A stretch of DNA of 17,568 bases. Origin: Geosiphon pyriformis uo1 (taxonomy: Eukaryota; Fungi; Glomeromycota). Location: positions 1 to 17,568 of the forward strand of contig JAAOMT010000424.1 of assembly GCA_016748015.1 (NCBI GenBank), given 5' to 3'. The number at the start of each line of letters is the position of its first letter. Positions within the stretch are counted from its first letter, which is position 1. A program made the translations under genes and the position numbers. The notes beneath the pieces are model-generated. The model saw only the letters and a program-made list of their open reading frames with translations, searched no databases and was not told the DNA's origin. Below are positions 11,471 to 17,568 of this stretch, in pieces.

Positions 11471-13631
11471 TCTTTGAAATAATAAAAAAATGTTTCTTTA
11501 AAATTCGATATTTGATTAAAAATGAAAATTAGTCCAACAAAACTCAAACTTAATAATTTTTGAAAAAAGATTCAGAACACTTATCATTTAATTATGAAAA
11601 TTCTCAATAATTCAATGAAAACTAAAAAGCATACAAAATATCGGTACAAGAGATTATATGCAAGAAAACTAATAACTTTCAGTAAAATTTGAAAAATCGA
11701 CCTAATCATTTCAACTTAAATCGATCAAGTTCACAATTTTCCAAGTAGTCATAAACCTGGTTACATGTGTTTGTTTTCTCAACTTTTCAACTAGAAAAAT
11801 TATTATAATTGAGTTAGGAAAAAAGTCAAGATTTTCGGAATAACCAAAAGAGATTCTTAAAATGAGGTTTTTTTGACTCAGTTATTCATTATATTTGTTT
11901 TGTTTCAAAAATGGTGTAAATCTCATAATTGTTTTAAATAATTTTCCTTACCAAATCATTTTTTATTTATGCTAAAGTCCTACTAGATTTTTTACAGCTG
12001 CTAGATACTTCAAACTCATCCCCAAACTATTATTTAAAAAGTTTAGTTATCAGAATGCCCTTAAAATCATCACTTTACATCAAAAAGCAATTAGAAAGTC
12101 GTTTATTTCAGTTCTACTTCATCGCTTTTCTTTTTGTATTCAAGTTCACCTTGGTAATAAGACAATGGAGCTTCTCCCAATATTCTGACAATCTTCCAGT
12201 AACGGATCTTTCAAGGCTTGCTCGAGCAGAAAATAATTCCCATGAAAATCCTATGATCCAACAATTAAAAATTTTAACAGAGCTAAATTTGGAAAGCGAA
12301 GAAAAATTTTTAACCGAAAAAAATATCTCACAACCATTAAATTTCTTAAATTTTAACAAAAGAAATTATAAACTCTCTCTTTCTGAATTAAATGGGGAAA
12401 TTATTTTATTGAAACAATACACAACTTTGGCTATGGCTACTTATTGTCTTAGTGAAACGCAAGCTATTGGCTCAGGAATCTATGGTATTTTATTTGAGAA
12501 TTAGCAGGTGTGATTTCCCCAAATTTTGTCGTGACAGAATGGTTTAAACTCTTTTGCAGCGGGCATTGTTTTTTATGGGAGAACTGTAATTATCGCCGTA
12601 AGAGGCGAGCCATTAGGAAATGAGGAATACTGGGGAATTAGGCAAAATATCTTGGTTCCTTATCCTCGGATCACTGGGGCAAAAATCGACTATGAGTTTA
12701 AGAGTCGTTTTGAGAGCATAAAACCGAAATTTATAGAGTTTTATGATACTCACGTTAAAAATAAAGATATTAAACATGTTATCGGAGTTGGACATGGTTC
12801 GGGTGGTGGTAAGAAGCTTATAGAATTTCTAAAATTAAAATGTATTTAAAATGTTTCAATTTAATAACAATTTAAATACTACTCGCTTTTAATTTTTAAT
12901 ATTTCAGTATATGTTTTGCTTGGAATGCTAGAATTAATAGCGCTCAACATTAAACAAAAGTTGAGTGTATTTACTTTAGGACAACCTCGTGTTGGCAATC
13001 GCCAGTTTGCACATTATTTGAATTCACTCGCCAACACCAAGATTAGAATTTCTCGGATCACTAATATGGATGATTATGTTCCAAGGCTACCATTGAGTAA
13101 TTCCAACTCATTTTACACCCATACGCTTCTGGAAAATTGGATTGAGGCAGATGATTGCTTGTGTGCTACCGGAAAGGTATTCGCTTGTGCGGGGCCACAA
13201 TCAGGGCTAGATAATTTTGTCGAAGAGAGTCCAGTAAATATTCTCAAGGTTTCCATAAAATTTAAAGGATTATTTATGTTAATCATCTTCATCTTCATCT
13301 CATTTTCACCTTTGTTTATAGCAATGTAACAACCAATACTCAACCAAGAGCTATGCTGCGCATAATGGTCCTTACTTTGGGATGATGATGCAACGTCCTC
13401 CTGGACAATTTCCATGGCTGATAATCTAAGACGGGACTATTATAAACTTTTCTCTCATTCGAATTTAAATTGCTAATTTTCCTCATTAGGTTTCGTGTTT
13501 ACTAAATTATAAGAATCGGATTAAATATATTCATGAAAAGTGGTAAGATATTAATTGTGAATATTTCAATTTTGAAACTTTGGCTTGAGTATCAAAATTC
13601 TAGCTAATACATTGAACCTCTAAATTTTATT
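11471..13631 (+). repeat. Left arm of a large inverted duplication (promoter + lipase-like gene + 3' flank)
   Basis: Reverse complement of 13781-15423. Homology starts at tctttgaaataat (11471 pairs with 15423) and ends at gaacctctaaattttatt (13631 pairs with 13781). Confidence 0.95.
12055..13429 (+). CDS. Class-3 lipase-fold (Lipase_3, alpha/beta hydrolase) protein with non-canonical nucleophile motif, copy A; 4 exons, 370 aa
   Basis: Exons 12055-12484, 12560-12808, 12908-13233 and 13322-13429, with GT-AG introns, sum to 1113 nt in frame. Motifs are collinear with Rhizomucor/Rhizopus-type lipases: YTTLAMATYC, VIIAVRG, VPYP..GAKI, VGHGSGG, FTLGQPRVGN..FA, RITN.DDYVPRLP, YTH...ENWI and HNGPYFG. 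Residues ~17-35 are hydrophobic (signal or anchor). Confidence 0.92.
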
Positions 13632-14028
13632 AAAACAGAAAAGGTTTTTTATGCAATTTCACATAGAATGTCACCAAGGAAACTTAACAGAAAACTTTCA
13701 ATTTGTAATCTTTTTATCCATTGGATTTGATAAGTATCTCACATGATATTATTACATCCATAGTGATTTGAAGTTGAATAAATAAAATTTAGAGGTTCAA
13801 TGCATTAGCTAAAATTTTGAAGCTCAAGTCAAAGTTTCCAATTTGAAATATTCACAATTAATATCTTGAAATTTTTCGTAAATATATTTGATCTGATTAT
13901 TACAATTGGGTAAACACGAAAACTAATGAAGGGATTAGCAATTTGAATTCAAATGAGAGAAAATTTTAGGCCATTTTTTCTATCTTTGATTTTATTTAAA
14001 AATTTTTAAGAGCTATAATAGTCTCGTC

Positions 14029-14946
14029 TTAGATAGTCAGCCATGGAAATTGTCCAGGAGGACATTGCATCATCATCCCAAAGTAAGGACCATTATGCGC
14101 AGCATAGCTCTTGGTTGAGTATTGGTTGTTACATTGCTATAAACAAAGGTGAAAATGAGATGAAGATGAAGATGATTAACATAAATAATCCTTTAAATTT
14201 TATGGAAACCTTGAGAATATTTACTGGACTCTCTTCGACAAAATTATCTAGCCCTGATTGTGGCCCCGCACAAGCGAATACCTTTCCGGTAGCACACAAG
14301 CAATCATCTGCCTCAATCCAATTTTCCAGAAGCGTATGGGTGTAAAATGAGTTGGAATTACTCAATGGTAGCCTTGGAACATAATCATCCATATTAGTGA
14401 TCCGAGAAATTCTAATCTTGGTGTTGGCGAGTGAATNNNNNNNNNNNNNNNNNNNNNNNNNNNNNNNNNNNNNNNNNNNNNNNNNNNNNNNNNNNNNNNN
14501 NNNNNNNNNNNNNNNNNNNNNNNNNNNNNNNNNNNNNNNNNNNNNNNNNNNNNNNNNNNNNNNNNNNNNNNNNNNNNNNNNNNNNNNNNNNNNNNNNNNN
14601 NNNNNNNNNNNNNNNNNNNNNNNNNNNNNNNNNNNNNNNNNNNNNNNNNNNNNNNNNNNNNNNNNNNNNNNNNNNNNNNNNNNNNNNNTAAAAATTTTTC
14701 TTCGCTTTCCAAATTTAGCTCTGTTAAAACTTTTAATTGTTGGATCATAGGATTTTCATGGGAATTATTTTCTGCTCGAGCAAGTCTTGAAAGATTCGTT
14801 ACTGGAAGATTGTCAGAATGTTGGGAGAAGCTCCATTGTCTTATTACCAAGGTGAACTTGAATACAAAAAGAAAAGCGATGAAGTAGAACTGAAATAAAC
14901 GACTTTTTAATTGCTTTTTGATGTAAAGTGATAATTTTAAGGGCAT
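14029..14946 (-). CDS. Class-3 lipase-fold protein, copy B (middle hidden by assembly gap)
   Basis: ATG at 14946 and first 86 codons match copy A with 5 aa changes. The segment 14436-14029 matches copy A 13022-13429, including intron 14224-14137 and last exon 14136-14029 ending QCPPGQFPWLTI*. Integrity across the gap is unknown. Confidence 0.8.
14437..14688. other. Assembly gap (252 N)
   Basis: Run of N inside copy B. Confidence 1.
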
Positions 14947-16858
14947 TCTGATAACTAAACTTTTTAAATAATAGTTTGGGGATGAGTTTGAAGTATCTAG
15001 CAGCTGTAAAAAATCTAGTAGGACTTTAGCATAAATAAAAAATGATTTAGTAAGGAAAATTATTTAAAACAATTATGAGATTTACACCATTTTTGAAACA
15101 AAACAAATATAACGAATAACTGAGTCAAAAAAAACTTCAATATAAGAATCTCTTGGTTATTCCGAAAATCTTGACTTTTTTCCTAACTCAATTATAATTT
15201 TTCTAGTTGAAAAGTTGAGAAAACAAACACATGTAACCAGGTTTATGAATACTTGGAAAATTGTGAACTTGATCGATTTTTCAAATTTTACTGAAAGTTA
15301 TTAGTTTTCTTGCATATAATCTCTTGTACCGATATTTTGTACGCTTTTTAGTTTTGTTGGATTAATTTTCATTTTTAATCAAATATCGAATTTTAAAAGA
15401 CCTTTTTTTCATTATTTCAAAGATATATGTTGTACTAGGAATAAATCTCTACTCAAAAATTGTTTTAAAACCCTTAAGTAAAATATTTCTTTCATGTAAC
15501 GTTTGAATTGAAAATTCTGGAAGTCGCTAATTGTGAAACATGAGTTTTTGCTAAAGTTCCCAAGCTATAGATGTGCCTTATTTTGTAAACCATTTATGTG
15601 AGAGTCCTTTAAAAATATTCTTTTCGCATCAAATGCTTTATAAATTTGCAAATTGCTATTCAATCAATAAATCAATAATAGTAAGGCCAAGAAAGAAAAA
15701 TTCCCATTACGACGACCTACCTTCGTGATTATTCTTTACCTCGATCTTTTCCAGGTCCCAAAAGATGTACATTTACAATGGTGAGTAGTGTTTTATTAGC
15801 AACATAGAGTGCTTTCTTTGGACACACTTCTATTATGAATAAAATACAAATTATTCAAAAATCAGATCCACAGATCTCATGTGGAGCAGAAGGCAATGAG
15901 TTTTTATGATTTAAAAGGGTTCTCATGCACTGTATTTCGATCGACAACGGGTAACCAAAACGAACCGCCAAGAGTTAAAAAAAGATCCCATGTAAATTCT
16001 ACACTAAAAGAAGGATTGATATTATAACTTCTGGGTAAAAATTTTGAAAAGTAAAAATCTTTTTAGCTTCATTTCAAAGCGTAAGCACCATTATATTATA
16101 AAACTCATAGTCAAACTAATTGAGCTATTGTTAAGAAACAGAATTGATAAGAGCTACGAGTTTAAAGTAATAAAATTTAACCATTTAAAGAAAAGAAAAA
16201 AATAAACGACTCATCAATTATTTTAATCCCTTATTCAGTTTTATGCCAATAAAGACTCTTTAAAGTTTACATTTGAAATAAATTTAAAATATTAAACCTT
16301 TTACTTGAAAGAGCATGAATGCAAAGCAGATATTTTTAAAAAAGCTATTTATATCAACTAATCAATGGCATAAGATTAATTTATTTTTTATATCAAATTT
16401 TACGTATTATATTTGTTTCTAGCTAAAAAAACTATTCGGTCTGATTACAATAATTTTAATTAAACAAGGCTTTCACATTTGCAGCCAACTTATTTAAGCA
16501 AATAATTATTCATTTTGTTGTGAAAACTAGACTTAAAATATAAATTTGAAATGTGATTAAAATTTCAATAAATTACATTTATTATCTTTCAGAAATGTAA
16601 AAAGAAAAATAATTACAATATTATATTAATAATCTATTATAAACCAATGAATTTAAATATAGTTTTTAGACTTGAAAAAAAAATGATTTTAATTCTTTAG
16701 AAGAGCATAATTTCCAATGATTTTTTGAAGCAATTGTATTAAAAAATTATACATTTATATTAACATATTATCATAGATTATCATTAGATCGATCTCCAAA
16801 TTTGATTATCTCTGTACCGATAAATTTTCCGGGTCAGTTTACATAAACAAACTGTGTT

Positions 16859-16868
16859 AGACGCGTCT
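16859..16868. promoter_or_regulatory. Palindrome agacgcgtct containing an ACGCGT (MCB-type) core upstream of the last gene
   Basis: Perfect 10-bp palindrome in otherwise CpG-poor DNA, ~30 nt before a consensus GTAAGT donor at 16896. Function is only inferred. Confidence 0.25.
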
Positions 16869-17085
16869 TCGTCATATTAAACCTTCGTTATCTAAGTAAG
16901 TACTATACCAGTAAACCACAACCCTACTGGCGTATTGGCCATTTGCTCCTGCGTCAGATGGTTGGAAGCAATCTGCTGAACACCCTTTGGTGCATGCATG
17001 TCCAAAGGCTGTTTCTCTTTATTAAGTTGGTCTTGTCTATTATTATACACACAGGAACTTAACGACTGACTTATCTCTTTTCAGA

Positions 17086-17568
17086 ATGTATGCTTCTATT
17101 ATTGAAGAATATCTCAATACTACCAAATACACTCTTTGGTCAATTCTATCTATTTTACAATACATAGAATCCAACCATGGTTTATCCATTGATAATGTGA
17201 GCATCCTCGAAGATGAGATCTATGCTAGACTTCATCACCACCAGCAGCGACCAAATGTGCAACAAAGGGCCATTGATAAATTAAGAACCCTATTAAAAGA
17301 TCAGCATCAGTGGTTTAATACAATAGAAGTTGAAAGTTTTATGGATGAACTTCAAAAGAAAGAAGAAAAAGAAAGTGATGATGAAAATGCAAGTGATATC
17401 GCTTCAGAAAGTGATATCTTTCACTCTGACGTGGAAGAAAAAATGCACGAGCTGGTAAGTTAAATAGGTTTTTATGTTGTTACTCTTTATTTGTGTAGAA
17501 AATTATTTAAATAACTAACATCTTTACTGTTTCTTAAAATAGAATTATCCAGAAGAACTTGAAGAATC
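17086..17568 (+). CDS. Hypothetical protein, 5' part (continues beyond window)
   Basis: Exon 17086-17454 ends CTG|GTAAGT. Intron 17455-17542 has an actaac branch site and a tag acceptor, and the next exon from 17543 reads NYPEELEE in frame. The ATG is preceded by an acceptor (ctcttttcag|aATG, 17084), with a candidate donor GTAAGT at 16896 (5'-UTR intron). The product has a helical-looking N-terminal domain followed by an acidic linker. Confidence 0.75.

Larger units (their letters stand above)
13781..15423 (-). repeat. Right arm of the inverted duplication
   Basis: Reverse complement of 11471-13631 with several indels. It contains the assembly gap. Confidence 0.95.

Noticed and set aside
13113-14345. 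Twin 100-aa ORFs (13113-13415 minus, 14043-14345 plus)
   Set aside because: They are antisense shadows of the lipase exons and intron, and their similarity just reflects the duplication.
14362-14750. ORFs spanning X runs
   Set aside because: Artefacts of translating the N gap.
11471-15423. Inverted repeat as a whole-genome-amplification chimera or pure misassembly
   Set aside because: The arms differ by many substitutions and several indels (about 86% identity near the spacer), which a same-molecule chimera would not show. Long-read confirmation is still advisable.
11461-15433. Inverted repeat as a TIR/foldback transposon
   Set aside because: There is no transposase, the arms are host-type gene units, and the outer flanks (catctcggcc vs tatatgttgt) show no target-site duplication.

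Overview
Eukaryotic, AT-rich, intron-containing fungal DNA. The gene families and short GT-AG introns most resemble an early-diverging fungus such as Glomeromycotina (inference). The ORF track is fragmented by introns, and manual splicing gives five genes. (1) A complete 7-exon OPT-family oligopeptide transporter (+, 1643-4689, 836 aa). (2) A complete 7-exon orphan 7TM/GPCR-like gene (-, 8520-6960, 349 aa), with a G-run-rich polypurine tract in a probable 5'-UTR intron. (3-4) Two tail-to-tail copies of a class-3 lipase-fold gene (+, 12055-13429, 370 aa; -, 14946-14029, interrupted by a 252-N gap). These form the arms of a ~4 kb quasi-palindrome (11471-13631 / 13781-15423, 149-nt spacer). (5) The 5' part of an unknown gene running off the window. 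The most notable system is the palindromic lipase pair. The complete copy has Gly where the catalytic Ser should be (GHGSGG) but keeps the Asp and His motifs, so it is a candidate pseudo-lipase. The arms show an identity profile suggesting gene conversion, and the geometry could give hairpin or antisense RNA. An ultra-AT-rich block with a 37-bp minisatellite separates the OPT and 7TM genes.
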